NCBI GenBank assembly: GCA_030704615.1
Contig: CM060733.1
Location: forward strand, 20,398,001-20,462,000
DNA from: Takakia lepidozioides
Taxonomy: Eukaryota > Plantae > Bryophyta
Reading direction: 5' to 3'
DNA length: 64,000 bases
Below the pieces are notes generated by a model, which did not search any database, was not told where the DNA came from, and saw only the letters and a list, made by a program, of their open reading frames with translations. Both the position numbers and the translations under genes were made by a program. Below, in pieces: positions 1 to 12,703 of this stretch; within the stretch, counting starts at the first letter, position 1; every line of letters begins with the position of its first letter.

Positions 1-3000
1 CGTAGTGTCTTTCATCTTGTCTGAATCTTGCTTTGGCTTCTTGTTCCACTTCAATCCAGCCCCTCTCGCACAAAGAAAGTGTTTCTCCTTCGGAACGCTC
101 TTCGTCAAGAAATCAGCAATCATTTCAGATGTTGGAAGATACTCCAGTGTCACTTCCTTCGACTGGACCTTTTCTCGTATGTAGTGATACTGGATGTCAA
201 TATGCTTACTACGAGCATGAAACTTAGGATTTGCAGATAGCGCTATTGCACTTTGATTATGTGCATAAATTATAGTAGCCTTCTTCTGAACAAATCCCAA
301 GTCTATCATCAGACTCCTGAGCCACACTGCCTCTGCTGCAGCCTTTGATAAAGCCATGTATTCGAATTCAGTACTTGACAAAGCCACGGACGTCTGCTTT
401 TTGCTTGACCAGCTTACTGCACCACTGCTAGCTTGAAGCAAAAACCCGATGTTGAACGTCGAGTGTCTATGTCTCCAGCCCAATCCGCGTCTGAAAAACC
501 TATTAGGGTTGCTCTTTTGTCCGATTTACAATACTGAATTCCAATGTGAAGAGTGCATTATATGTACCTCATCACCCTCTTTGCTGCTTGCCAATGAGGC
601 TCTACGGGGTTCGATAAAAATTGAGCAAGACTACCCACTGCAAATGAGCAATCAAGTCGGGTGTTGACAACAGCATGCATCAAACAACCGACTGCTTGTG
701 AATAAGGCACTTCTTTGCATCAAAGCTTTTCCATATTCAGTTTCTGGGCAATCTGACTTTGTTAGCTTCTCCCTGGTCTCCATTGGGGTGCTAAGAACTC
801 CAAGCAAATACCTTTCTTGCAACAATCTGATCCATCCTTCTCCCCTGTTTCTTGAAATCTGCATCCCAAGGCAGTAGTGAATCTCCCCCATATCCATCAT
901 TTCAAATTCAGATTCGAGGAGCTTCTTGATCTCTTGCAAGAAATTTACATCATTGCTAGCCCTCAACATATAATGCCAGAATAAGGTAACTCGTGTTCTT
1001 CCGCTGCACGTAGACGTTCGAATCAGCTACGCTTTGATCAAACCCTATTGTCATCAAATAGATGTCAAATCTTTGGTACCATGCCCGTGATGATTGCTTG
1101 AGCCCGTAAAGTGATTTGTTCAGCTTACAAGCTAAACCAGATTTGCTCTCTTGTATGACTCCTTCTGGGAACTCCATATAAATGTCTTCTTCTATGAAGC
1201 CATTCAAGAAGGCAGTCTTAACATCAAGTTGTTGAACTTCCAAATCAAACTGAGCCGCAAGCGCAAATATCACTCGTATAGATGCTAATTTGACTACTGG
1301 TGAAAAGGTCTCTGTATAATCTAGTCTAGATATCTGTGAGTATCCTTTTGCTACCAATCTTGCTTTATAGCGATCCACATCTGCCCGAAGTTTTACTTTG
1401 AACAGCCATTTACAACCTATAGGTTTTCTATTCTCTGGTAGCTTCATGACTATCCATGTTTTGTTTCTTCTTAAAGATTCCAGCTCAGAATCTATAGCAT
1501 TCTTCCATTGTTCCGTTTCGGAACAGGATAAAGCCTCCTTCAAGGTAACAAGTTCGTTTACAGAAGCTTGTGTCAAAAGTGCTCTCCAGGGTTTCCTACC
1601 TTCTATACTCTCAATCAACCTATCAGGTGGTTTCTTGATTCTAGTAGATCGTCTATTTCCTGGTGAGCTTGATGTCTCTCTCCTAGCCTGTCTTGAATCC
1701 CTCCCTGCGGTGGGTGAGGTATTTTCTCTCATTATATCCTCTATGTCATCATAAGGCTGATAAATTGAACCTGTGCTCAATGGTGATGGTAGTGCTCCCA
1801 CTACTTGACTTGGCCTAGGAAACTGAGAGGGTATTTGAGAAGGTTGCACACTTGGACTTGTGTGAGTGTTTTGTGGTACTATGTGAGTGCGAGGAAATGG
1901 TAAATTATTAGTGTTTGCATACTGCTTAAAGAAAGATCGATCTAATAGCATTGAATATTTGTCTGCTTGTGTTCCTTCTTCTATAGCATCTCCCACTGTG
2001 TCATTACTATCCTCATGGAATATCAAATCTCTAGAAATGATAATTGTCTTTTGTTTGGTCATTAATCTGTAACCCTTAGTCTGTTTACTATAGCCCAAAA
2101 ATGTAAAATGGAGGTTTTTGAGTCTGGTTTGCATCTATTATCCTTCTGTACTAGTGCAAAGGCTCTACATCCAAAGACTTTCAAGTGTGATATATCAGGT
2201 TTCACACCTGTCCATAACTCTATGGGTGTTTGTTATTCTGCAGAGCTTTGGTTGGTGACCTATTCTGTAGGTATGTGGCAGTCATAAGAGCTTCACCCCA
2301 ATAGACATTTGGTAAGCTAGCATGGTGTAGCATGGAAAGTATTGCTTCCACTAAGGTCCTATTTTTCCTCTCAGACACCCCATTCTGTTGTGGTGTTCCT
2401 GCTACAGTAAACTGCCTCTTTATGCCACTCTCTTGACAGAATAAATTAAACTCATTAGAAATGTATTCACCACCCCCATCAGCCCTTAGAACCTTGATCT
2501 TCTTACTTAGCTGATTTTCAACCAGTAACTTATACTGTTTAAACCTCTCAAATGCCTCTGACTTTTGTTTTAATAAATAAACAACAATAAACCTTGAAAG
2601 ATCATCTATAAATGTGATGAAATACTTAAACCCGTTGTGTGTGAGAGTTTGCATCGGTCCACAAATGTCAGTATGTACGAGGCCTAACAGTTCAGTAGCT
2701 CTTGTGCCTCCCTCTACAGGGAATTTCTCTCGGTGCTGTTTTCCTGAGATGCAATCTTTACATAATGTTAGTTTCCTAACATCTACTGAATCCAACCCTC
2801 TAACCATTGAGTTAGTTTGCATCTGATGCATTCTACCTTGGTTCATATGACCTAATCTACAGTGCCATAGGTCTGCCTTGTTAGTCTCTAAGACAGTTGG
2901 CATTGCCATGACTTGTGAGTTTTGTAATGCAGTTCCTAGCTTATAGAGTCCGTTCTCTATCTCATATTTTGCTATGAGATTTCCATTGGAATTCTTCAGG

Positions 3001-4650
3001 TTACAACAACTTTATGTTCATCTCTCCCCCAGCTAGGTCTAATTGCTTAACAGAAAATAAATTCTTCTTGAGACCTGCTATTTCATGTGTTGAGTCATCC
3101 CCTAAATAGACAACCTGTCCCTGTCTCCACTCTTTGTATGTCGCAAAAGTGTGTATGTCATACGTCATGTGTTGTGTGGCTCCTGTGTCCACATACCAAG
3201 TTGAATCTTTCCCTTTACTTATGATCATCGCTGCTACATAGAGCTGATTGCCTTCGACTGCAACATGTCTTTGTGTTGCTTGTTTGTTTGCTGCTTCAGC
3301 TGCAATCCTCTTCCTACAGTCCTTAATCATATGTCCAAACTTCTTACAGAAAAAACACTTGATTTGCTTCTTCTTTCCTTTATTTGAGTTTGATCTTTCG
3401 CCATCCTCCTTCTTGACACTACTTTTGTCCTCATTTTGCTTCTTCCTATTAAAACTATTATATGTACTAGACTTCTGTCCAGAATATAATGCAGTTTTTG
3501 AATCTGTAGCAGGTCCAAGACTCATCATTAAAGTTTCCTCCTGTATTAAGTCTGTAATTAAAGACTGTAGACTTATATTCGGCTGTCTCCTAAAAGAGCC
3601 TATAAATGTCCGATAACTCATCGGCATACTCCTTATTAGGGATAAGACAACATCCTCGTCTGACACAGGGGAACCAGCAGCGGAAAGCTGTTCTCACAAA
3701 GGTCTGAAGACATGTATATGCTTGGTGACATTTTCATTCTCTTTCATTTTTAAAGTTTGAATTTTGTCTTTAAGGTACATTTTGGTTACTGCATCCTTTG
3801 ATTCATATAACCTTGTCAACTCTCGGTATGCTTCAAATGTACACGACTGTACATGTGACACTACACTATTGTCCAAGCAGTTATTAATTATGGTGAGTGA
3901 GAGGACATCTCTCTCTTCCCAATTCACTATACTCCCAACACCTGTGGCTGGAAGCGCTTGCTGCCCAACAGCGATCTGTGCTGCCGTGGGAGCCACTGGT
4001 TTTAACTCTGTCCCTACGACTAGAGCCCATAGTTTTTCTGCTTTTAACAGTAGTGTTACTCTATGCTTCCACACATGGAAGTATGTGCCGTCAAACTTAG
4101 GAATATTGCTCACATCTACTCTTTGAGCCATTCCAGTCTCTCAATCAATTATCATTTTCCAAGAAAGCATGAACATCACAGAATTCAGGCCATGTTAGAA
4201 CTTGTGTTCTTCTATACGAAACAAAATTCTTCCACGCCGATACATCGTGGAGAATTGTGAGTTCTCTCCTCCAAACTCTATCGACTCATTTTAATTTCAT
4301 TGTGTGTCTCGAAATTATTAGTTCGTTCTCATTAGTGACACTCTCTCTCCCGAGCCACAACCATGGCTCTGATACCATGTGAAAACATCTATTCTATCCA
4401 GAGTCAATCACACACATAATCGTGTAAAACATAGAACTAGATTAAATAGATCTTACATCAAGAGAGAAAGTGTTCACAAGAGATATCTGCACTCCCTGTG
4501 TCTCGGCTGAGTCTGGTGGTTCTACATCTACTCAACTGTTGAGCTCTGTACCGTTCCACACTCCTTGGTGACTTCAACCACCTAACCACTTCAGATGTAA
4601 GACTTGGATGTAACTGCACATCCTTAATCTATAATCTAGTACATCCTACA
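1..4650 (-). mobile_element. Ty1/copia LTR retrotransposon, frameshifted; 3' LTR lies outside the window
   Basis: Minus-strand order is gag (3694-4131 KFDGTYFHVWK), CCHC knuckle CFFCKKFGHMIKDC and protease WYVDTGATQHM (3001-3666), integrase LWHCRLGH/VHTDICGP/QQNGVSER (2220-2909), RT YKARLVAKG/LDVKTAFLNG/LYGLKQ (956-2134) and RNase H DNQSAI...KHIDIQYHYIRE...ADFLTK (about 90-260). Integrase precedes RT, which is the copia order. The 5' LTR abuts the PBS at 4378; its outer boundary (about 4650) is approximate. Confidence 0.95.
4365..4377 (-). promoter_or_regulatory. Primer-binding site (tRNA-iMet) of the copia element
   Basis: + strand GGCTCTGATACCA reads TGGTATCAGAGCC on minus, directly next to the LTR end (TG on + at 4378). 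Confidence 0.9.
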
Positions 4651-6150
4651 CTATACACTGTTGCGGCACAGCCCCCAAGGATCAGCAGGCGCCACCACAG
4701 TCATGTAGTTATTACTTGAGCAGAGCGTTGGTGAAGGAAAAACGATGTGTAGTCGATTTCAACGTCAATTGTGTTGAAGATTTGCTACTTGTTACATTTC
4801 CAATTCTGTTCGTAGAATCACGTCAAACTTATTTTCTTTCATAATTTTCTAGTCATGGAAATTATTTTTTGGTCTTTTTATAAGCATGCAAATGCTTGAT
4901 GATGTCCTTGTTTTAGCTTAAGATTTTGTTTGATGGGTAACTAAATGTAATAGGGGAGAGAGGGGTAGGTATGGAAAGCTGGTAGGGTAGCTAGTTTTTG
5001 CCTCTACATGACAACATCACATCATGTGTGCTAAAACTGAGGCTGCAGCTACATACTACATACCATTATCTGTTCTCAGTATGACACAACTGTAGAAATT
5101 GACAGATCTTTTTTTAGCTGAACTTAACATGGATTCTGACAAAGACATTGTTGCTAACAATTGTAGGGTTACCACAATGATACATGGATTTAGTCCGTGC
5201 AATCCAGCCTGTCCTTCCTCTCTTTCTGTACAACTACACCACCCACCAGCTTCACGGGATTTTTGAGGTATGCTGGAGTTTAAGCTTCAATCAATATCCC
5301 TTGTAAATCTTTGTTCTGTGTTCTGTGGTTCAGGACAGACTGATTGTTTCCCATCCAGGGTGGGGCGCACTTGTATATTTCCTCATGTTGCTACCTACAT
5401 CACATTTGGGACTCTCAGGTTTGGTGCATCCTATATCTGTCATCCTTGATCTGTCAGGATGGTGAATTGTTACTTTATTTTCTTCCAGTTTAGACCTGAT
5501 CCAAGAAACGCGGTGCTTGGGTGTGATTTTGGCAGCTGCCATGCCACAAATATTGTCCCCAAGCAATCTTGGAAATGATTTACCAATGACCACCGGACAA
5601 CTACCTAAAAACCTGTCAAGTCCTTAACCCTTAAACGCCCAGTAGCCCGTTTTGGGCCTTTGAAATCAGGAAATTTGCAATAACTTCACAGGATCTTAGA
5701 ATTTTTTTGAGTTTTGGATATGTTATGCCCAGCCACCTAGGCTAATCTGAACCGTTGGGCGATTTTCCCTGATCAAGGTTAGGGTTCCGGAATTGTTGTG
5801 AGAGTGGTGGGGGGTCAGCTTCCGCCATTTTGCTTCTCTCTCCCAAACACTGTGCTCTGGGTCCCGCACTTTCTGAGTTCCTTGCGCGAGTTGGAGGGTG
5901 CTTGCAGGTGGCCGTTTGGATTCCTTGCAGGTTGCCGTTGCGTTTCCTTGCTCTTGTCTCCTTCTATAACTGAAGCTCCCGTTGTCGCTGCATCAAGAAG
6001 CTCTTAGCATTCAAGGCGTTGTTGGCTCATTGCGGCTGGTATGACACCTCTCTTCTATTGCCTGTCAACAAGCTTTGTTTCTTCATGTATGTTGTAGATA
6101 CGAGCTTCTTCTTCCATTGAAGGCTTTGCTTCATTCCTGTAGGCTTGCAG

Positions 6151-6624
6151 GCAGAGGAACTTAGGGAGACAAGTTGCCAAGATTCCTTGTTGTCATTGAA
6201 GGAGAAAGAAGGCCCATTACTGGTGACTATATAGGAGAGGAAACATGGGTTCTACAGACATGCCTCTAGCAGCTTCTGCGCATTGCTAGAAGAGTCTCTT
6301 GTTATTGGCAATTGGGCTCGCGCTTTGGGCGCCTCTCCAGAGCAAGTCGCCCAGTTGATTGGGTGTTTGAATGAGGATTATCTTACGTGCTTGAAGAGGC
6401 CCAAGCGGGTGAAGTGGCCTGCATTTCCAAAACCAGCCAATTTTCGGTACCTATTTCGTCGTCAGGCTGCGGAGATTCTCGGGTGGGTTGATCGTAAAGA
6501 GGAAGGTGATCCACATGGCTTTTCTCCTGAGGTAAATGAGTGTTTGAGGCTATCTGTGTGGCCTGATTTTGATGGATCCTCATCTGCCACCAACGATGAG
6601 ACTGAAGGTAGTAGCAAGGTCTAG
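6151..6624 (+). other. Probable second (accessory) coding region inside the piggyBac element, function unknown
   Basis: The frame is open from about 6121 to 6624 except for one TAG at 6232-6234. The C-terminal part is protein-like (PANFRYLFRRQAAEILGWVDRK...EVNECLRLSVWPD). A possible 3' splice acceptor lies near 6142-6150. Confidence 0.45.
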
Positions 6625-6819
6625 AGGTAAGAACAATTTTGGGCATGCGAGACTTGATGACATTGCGAGTTCAATTTCTGGTTTGATTCGGGTCTTGCAT
6701 ATTCTCTGCGTAGTTCTCAAGTTGCTAGAGATGTCGCAGGTCATAGCCAATCTTGGGAAGATCTAGGGGTGCTGGGATCCACTGTAAAGGTTGCAATGAA
6801 CCATTTGTACCTGCCTAAC

Positions 6820-8731
6820 ATGGCTTCTTCTTCCAACGTCTAAGAATTTGGTTATGGTACTGTCGTGGACAAGTCGTGGGACATTGTGAGTGCGTCTGAT
6901 ACATATGTTGTCTCCTTCTTTGCTGGGCTTGGGGTGCATACCGTGCCCTCTCATGTTTGCCTTCCTGTGGACCTTGACGAGCCTATGCCAGTTACAGTAA
7001 GTGCCATGCTTGGTTTGGATGGTGTTGTTGAGAACACGGTAGGGTCTGAATCTCAGACAGAATGTGACTCGGACTCTGACTATGATCCGGTAGAGGAAGA
7101 GAGAGGTAATCCAGATGCTGGTCAGGATCCAGACTTGTGGGATTACTGTGTGGACACTGGAAATGCGGCCCATGAGCTCGGGCTTTATGATTTGGCTGAA
7201 TCTTGGCGTGAATGGCCACCGAAAGATAAATTCGCAGATGACATATGGAATTCACAGTGCACAGAGCTGCCTCAGGTAACGTGGAGTGGGGGGGAGACGG
7301 GTCCTAAGGTGCCTTTGGATAATAGTGCTCTCCCTGTAGATTTTTTCAATTTGTTCTGGCCGGCACCTATGATGCGGAAAATCTGCAGAATGACAAACTT
7401 ATATGCCCAGACCTTATATAGAAGGGGGCAAATGAAGGGGGGAGAGTGGTGGTATCCTGTGAGTGTTGTGGAATTGAAGGCGTGGTTGGGAGTTCATATT
7501 CTCATGGGAATCAAGAGATTGCCCAACACAAGATGTTACTGGAAAGGTAACAATGAGTTCTTCAAGTGTCCTTCCATTATGCGCATCATGAGTCGCAATA
7601 GATGGGAAGCAATTTTGAGGTGTTTGCACCTAGTGGACAACCGGTTAGTGGAGGTGGATAAATCAGCCCCTGCTTATGATAAAATTGCAAAGACCCGTTG
7701 GTTGTTAGACCAGCAAAATGACTTGTATGCTCGCTACTGGCAACCCGATCAGAACCTGTGTGTGGATGAGATGATGGTGAAGTACAAAGATAAGTACTCT
7801 AACCTGCAGCAGTATATGAGCAAAAAACCAGTGAAATGGGGTATAAAGTGGTGGTGCTTGGCTAGTGCCAAAAGCCGATATGTTCACAAGATGGAGGTGT
7901 ACCTTGGCCGTGATGATGCAATTGATTTGACACACGGGCAGGGATATTCTGTTGTAACCAGACTGTTGGCTGGTTTTGAGGGGAAAGGGCACATAGTGAC
8001 CATGGATAATTTCTTTACTAGTCCTATTCTTTTCTATGACTTGGCTGTCCAGAATATCTATGCTACTGGTACTGTGAAGACAACTCGGGTGGGATTCCCT
8101 TCATGTCTTGATTTTGGAAAGAGAGGAGAGAGAGACACTATGCAGTACCGCATGCATAGATCTAACAAATTGGTGGCACTCTCATGGTTTGACAACAAGC
8201 CAGTCACATTGTTGAGCACTGCTTGCAGCCCTGTGGGGGCAGATTGCTTCATTGAGCGGTGGCACAACGGTGCTTGCCGCAAGGTCCCCACTTCCCCCAT
8301 TGTGAAGCACTATCAAGAACACATGAGGGGGGTTGATGTGCATGATCAATTGAGGGGCTACTACAGTGTGCAAACGCGTGATCACAAGTGGTGGCACCGC
8401 TTGTTCTTTCATAGCATTGACACATCGCTGGTGAATTCTTATTTATTGTATTTGGCTTGGATGAAAGAGAAGGACAGGAAGCCGCGGTCTCATATGCTCT
8501 TCAACATTCAAGTGGCCAATGGGTTGATTGCCGGGTGGGTTGCTCCCATGAGAACTGTCTTGGAAGGGGCTTTTGTTCCAAACCCGGGTGCACTTCACTT
8601 CTCCCAAAAAAAGTGCTAGGAGAAGGAAGTGTGTCGAGTGTGGTGCCCAACAAAGGTCTTTTTGTGCCTTGTGTGGAGATGTTAGCATCTGTTTGGGGAC
8701 TTGCTTTGTGAAATGTCACAGCCTGGTTTGA
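6820..8731 (+). pseudogene. piggyBac transposase with two lesions (stop at codon 8; +1 frameshift before the cysteine-rich domain)
   Basis: ORF 6865-8619 has motifs LCVDEMMV, KPVKWGIK, VTMDNFFTS, ATGTV and YQEHMRGVDVHDQ (DDD triad). An in-frame ATG at 6820 (MASSSNV) is followed by TAA at 6841-6843. Removing one A from the A7 run at 8606-8612 restores ...KSARRRKCVECGAQQRSFCALCGDVSICLGTCFVKCHSLV* (stop 8729-8731). Confidence 0.9.
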
Positions 8732-11025
8732 GACAATGTCAGTTGGAATTCATGGCTAGAATTCATGGCAATGTGAGTTCATGGCTGCAAAGAGGTGGTA
8801 GATTGCTTTAGTGGTTAGTCCCCTTGCCAAGTGGGGATGCACACAAGGGGGGGATCCTCCCCGTTGTGTTCATGTGTGAGCTGCCAGTTGGGGCAGCTTA
8901 GTGGGTTCAAACCCTACTCACACATTGTTCCTTGGTGTGAGGAGGGTAGGAGTGGGGTGGTGGGATATCTTGCTTTGCAAATGTCAGCAGCCCATTTTTT
9001 GTCCAAATTGCATTTTGTTTTCTGCAATGGATGTGAGATCCCACCAGGATGAATGGGGAGCAGAATCAGCTCATTTGGAAATCATCCCGTCACCCATTTC
9101 TGCAAATTACTCATTCTAATTTACAATTTTGGTATGTGGGTCCCAAAAAAGGGCCCCAGTCTCAACGGTGGCATTTTCTGGATTTTCATCTGATTTCCCT
9201 CAAAATTGGCATGTACCTGCAGCAAGTAGGTACGCTTATAGTTTGCGATCAAAATTTTCAAATTCCAAATTTTTCAAAAATTACACCTGTTTTTAGCACC
9301 AGGGGTCAGGTTTTTGGAAAAAGTAAAAAATAAATACTGGGCGTTTAAGGGTTAAGCACCTATTGGCAATAAACACCGTGTGATCATTTTTTAGAAAGGT
9401 AGCAATTAGGAGCAATTAGGAACTTAACTCTCCTTGTATTTGATTTGTATTTCTATCATGGAATACCGCTCATGGTATCGTTATTACGCGCAACAGGGAT
9501 GTCAAGTTTATGTTAGCTCACAACGGCATGCATGACATGTGCTTAGAGCCGGATTCCATGGGCACTCCCAAACGTCCCCCCAAGCAAGCGCCCTAGGAGG
9601 GAATCGCCCCTAAAAAATTTGAGGGGGTGGTTCCATGGACAACTTTCCATTCACCCCTCTAGAAATCTTTGGCACCAATTGCTGTGGGGTAAATGACAAT
9701 TAATATCAGTTTTGGATGAAAATGTCAAAAATCATTCCCTCTCCTAAAATCTAACTTACTTTGGATGAAAATCAATAATATTCTGTAAGGCTGCGGGCCC
9801 CGCTCTTGGATGAATCTGGACCTCTATCCTTGGTCCTTCAACTATCCATGTCTATGTACAAATCATGAATACATCCTGAGCCTTGCTACTAGGCAGCTGA
9901 CACCGACGACATGAAGTTCTTCCAGCAAACATCCCAATCCTACTTATTACAATAGTTTTAATTCTGAATTGCATCTACTTCTCTCTGTAGTCCAATAGAC
10001 ACTCACTTTTTTGTCTCCATTGTCCCACCATTGACTGGGGTCGGAAAAGTGTTCATTCCAAAGCTTCTCCTCATCTCTGTTATCTGTTTTTGGATACTAT
10101 TCTGCTGCAACATTGGAAGTAACTTGCCAAAGTCACTCCAAACCACCACAGATCCACCCAACGAGCTAACTTACAAAATTCATATGCATCTCAGGGCTGA
10201 GTCAGATGAGAGGTCAAAACAAGCTGAAATAGGTCGAAGAAAAAGGTGCCCTCACCACATTGTCCTTGACCTTGTATCGTGACCCATTAAGGATTTGACC
10301 GACCATCAACCCAAAATGACCTTTTGTGTGTGCTGCTTGTGTCTGTAATCAGGTAATGTTGGATTGGTCTGTGAGAACCACCACGGTGTAGCTGAGCAGG
10401 CAGAGATTGAAACACGACATGCTAAGACCAAGCTGACTTTCCCAAGAATTTTGTAAACATCAGAAAGAATAGCAAATCATGGTACTAAGAGCCCACATTT
10501 GCAGGATGGACAGACTTCTTCAAATCGTACATTAAGAAAAAACCACACCTTGCGATTGCGGTTGTCCCACCATCGTGCAAATTCCAGCTGTGAGAGCTCC
10601 TGCGGTGTACTCATAATCTGCAAATATCCCCCTCTGAGATCGGTGTGTGAAACCTCTCTGCGCTCAAGCACGCGGGGAAAGACCAAAATACACATTCCAC
10701 ATTGTCCGTTTAGGAAGTTCAAGAAGTTCAAGAACCGGACAATCCGGGCAGGCTCCAAAAAACTTGGCGCGACGAGTTTTTTTGGGGATTTTTTGGGATG
10801 GGCAGTCCGGACAGATATAAAAAATTTACGACAATGATGACATTGCGACAAAACGTGGAACTATGGCACCCTATTCCTGCTCTACGCTAACCGACGTTCA
10901 GTCATCACTAGAATAAATAATGGAATAGCCATAGTAATTTTGATATAATAACACTTATTGCATGATTCACATTTAAACAAAACTTTAAACTAACAAAAGA
11001 TTATAATAAGAACCAGCATTCAATG

Positions 11026-11633
11026 AATGAGAACAGTTGAAAGTATAATGACATCTATCAAATGCTCATAAAATTAAACCGATCAGAGCCACACATTGAT
11101 TAAATAAAATAAAAATAGGATATACAAGAACAAGGCTTTGAAGACATTTTATACTTCAATCATTAACTATAATTTAACTATGCCAAGCTAGAGAAAAAAA
11201 ACCCAAATGAAAACAAAAAGTTTCAATTGGTTTGGGATATATGTGCCATACAATGTATGTAAAAACAAATTTTCGAGATGCGTATTCTAAAGTAGTGGAA
11301 TCTACTTTCATCCATAATAAACTTCAAATTTCATCCATTTAATTTTCATAAGTTGTTCAATAATAGAGATATTTCTACCTGGAAAAGGCACATCAGAGAA
11401 GTAAGTCTTCCGGAGGAGAGGAGGTAACACTTGGGGGAAGGCACAATAGGCGCTTAGCGATCCTTAATTTGTGACACTGACGCATAGTCTAGTCTTTAAA
11501 ATAAAGAGAAGCCAATAAGTAACATAACAAATTTGTTCCAATGCCTCTTGAAAATCAATTGTTGAAGCCCAAATGGGAACGGTTGAAAGTATAATAACAT
11601 CTATCAGATGCTCATAAAATTAAACGGATCAGA
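11026..11633 (+). repeat. Dispersed approximately 60-bp direct repeat pair in AT-rich DNA
   Basis: GAAC(A/G)GTTGAAAGTATAAT(G/A)ACATCTATCA(A/G)ATGCTCATAAAATTAAAC(C/G)GATCAGA at about 11031-11087 and about 11577-11633. Confidence 0.75.
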
Positions 11634-12497
11634 AGCTGATATATTGCACATATTCCCCGGTCCCTTGTCTGCAATTTTTGATTTGCGGGCCGCAAGGCCT
11701 TAGGGACTGCAAGCTGTAAGCAAATCGGCGTGCAGACTTGAACGTGAATTTGGAAGCTATTGACAAATGTCTGCAGCTCTTTTAGGGACGTGCATAAGCT
11801 GGTCGCTTTGGGAAGACCACGCATTCACAATGAACTAGAGTACAATCACAAGTTGGCTGAGAGCATTGAACTTCTGGAAAGTTACACTAGTGTAACTCAT
11901 GATGTGGTCTAAAGATAGTTTGGGGGCCTGGTTATGCGAGCAAGTAAGTCATTCCATCCCAAGCTAACTTGACATTGACCCTGTTAATAGTGCTTGACAT
12001 GCTTGAAAGGAAAATGATCCATGTCTTGGTACAATACACTGGCAAACTGAAATCTGGTGTACTGTATTCTACTGTCATGCAAACAAGGATCTAAACTACG
12101 TGCTAACAACAGCTCCCTACAGCTCATATAGTCCCTTTGAACGATGGTTCAACTTCTGTACCTCCCTAGCTTATTTCAGATCCATGTCCTAGTCACATCT
12201 CCAAATCTTCGTGGGAGCTTTTGTGGAGGTACTAGTCTGTAAGTTGACCATGTGCCACATGGAAGGTGAGCCTTGTAGCATGGTTCCAAAAATGACAGTT
12301 CCATTGCTCACCATGGACATTGTGGTCTTTTCAATTACTGTTGTGGCTGCCACAACCTAAACACCACTCCCTTCTGTTGTCTTTTTTTCCCCAACAGAAG
12401 GTAATCACTACCGCATTAAGCTTAGGGTTTAAACATTGATCGTGTACTACACCACAATGAAGCTGCATTGGTGTGTGCTTGTAAGTTAATGTGTTTT

Positions 12498-12703
12498 CCA
12501 CTGGCGTGTAGTCGGGCTAGGGATTGAACCTAGAACCTCCCCCATTCCGGTGGGGTGCTCTACCACTGAGCTACCCATCCTGTTCTGTTCTCATAGTACC
12601 GTGCAAGGGCTATAATCTTGACACTCCAACACTCCCCCTCAAGGCATAGCCCTTATAGCTAATGCCCACCCATTCTAACCACCGCCCCAACCTTGGCTCT
12701 GAT
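12498..12703 (-). mobile_element. Inverted partial copy of the same TRIM (truncated PBS, internal region, PPT, one LTR)
   Basis: The reverse complement reads ATCAGAGCCAAGG...GAGGGGGAG-TGTTGGAGTGTC...GGTAGCTCAGTGGTAGAGC...GGTTCAATCCCTAGCCCGAC. It is joined head-to-head to the + copy at 12703/12704. Confidence 0.9.

Larger units (their letters stand above)
5628..9351 (+). mobile_element. Complete piggyBac-superfamily DNA transposon (3,724 bp)
   Basis: TTAA at 5624-5627 and 9352-9355. Perfect 17-bp TIRs CCCTTAAACGCCCAGTA (5628-5644) and TACTGGGCGTTTAAGGG (9335-9351). Internal DDE_Tnp_1_7-type transposase. Confidence 0.96.

Noticed and set aside
5330-5623. Minus-strand frame interrupted by the piggyBac (joined empty site reads ...CLLPIGA*GLDRFLG...), faintly CACTA-like
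   Set aside because: It has an in-frame stop at the TTAA and too little motif support to name.
9830-10873. Possible hAT element end (TAGGGTGCCA on minus at 10864-10873) with a decayed ORF
   Set aside because: No partner TIR, TSD or recognisable transposase motif was found by eye.
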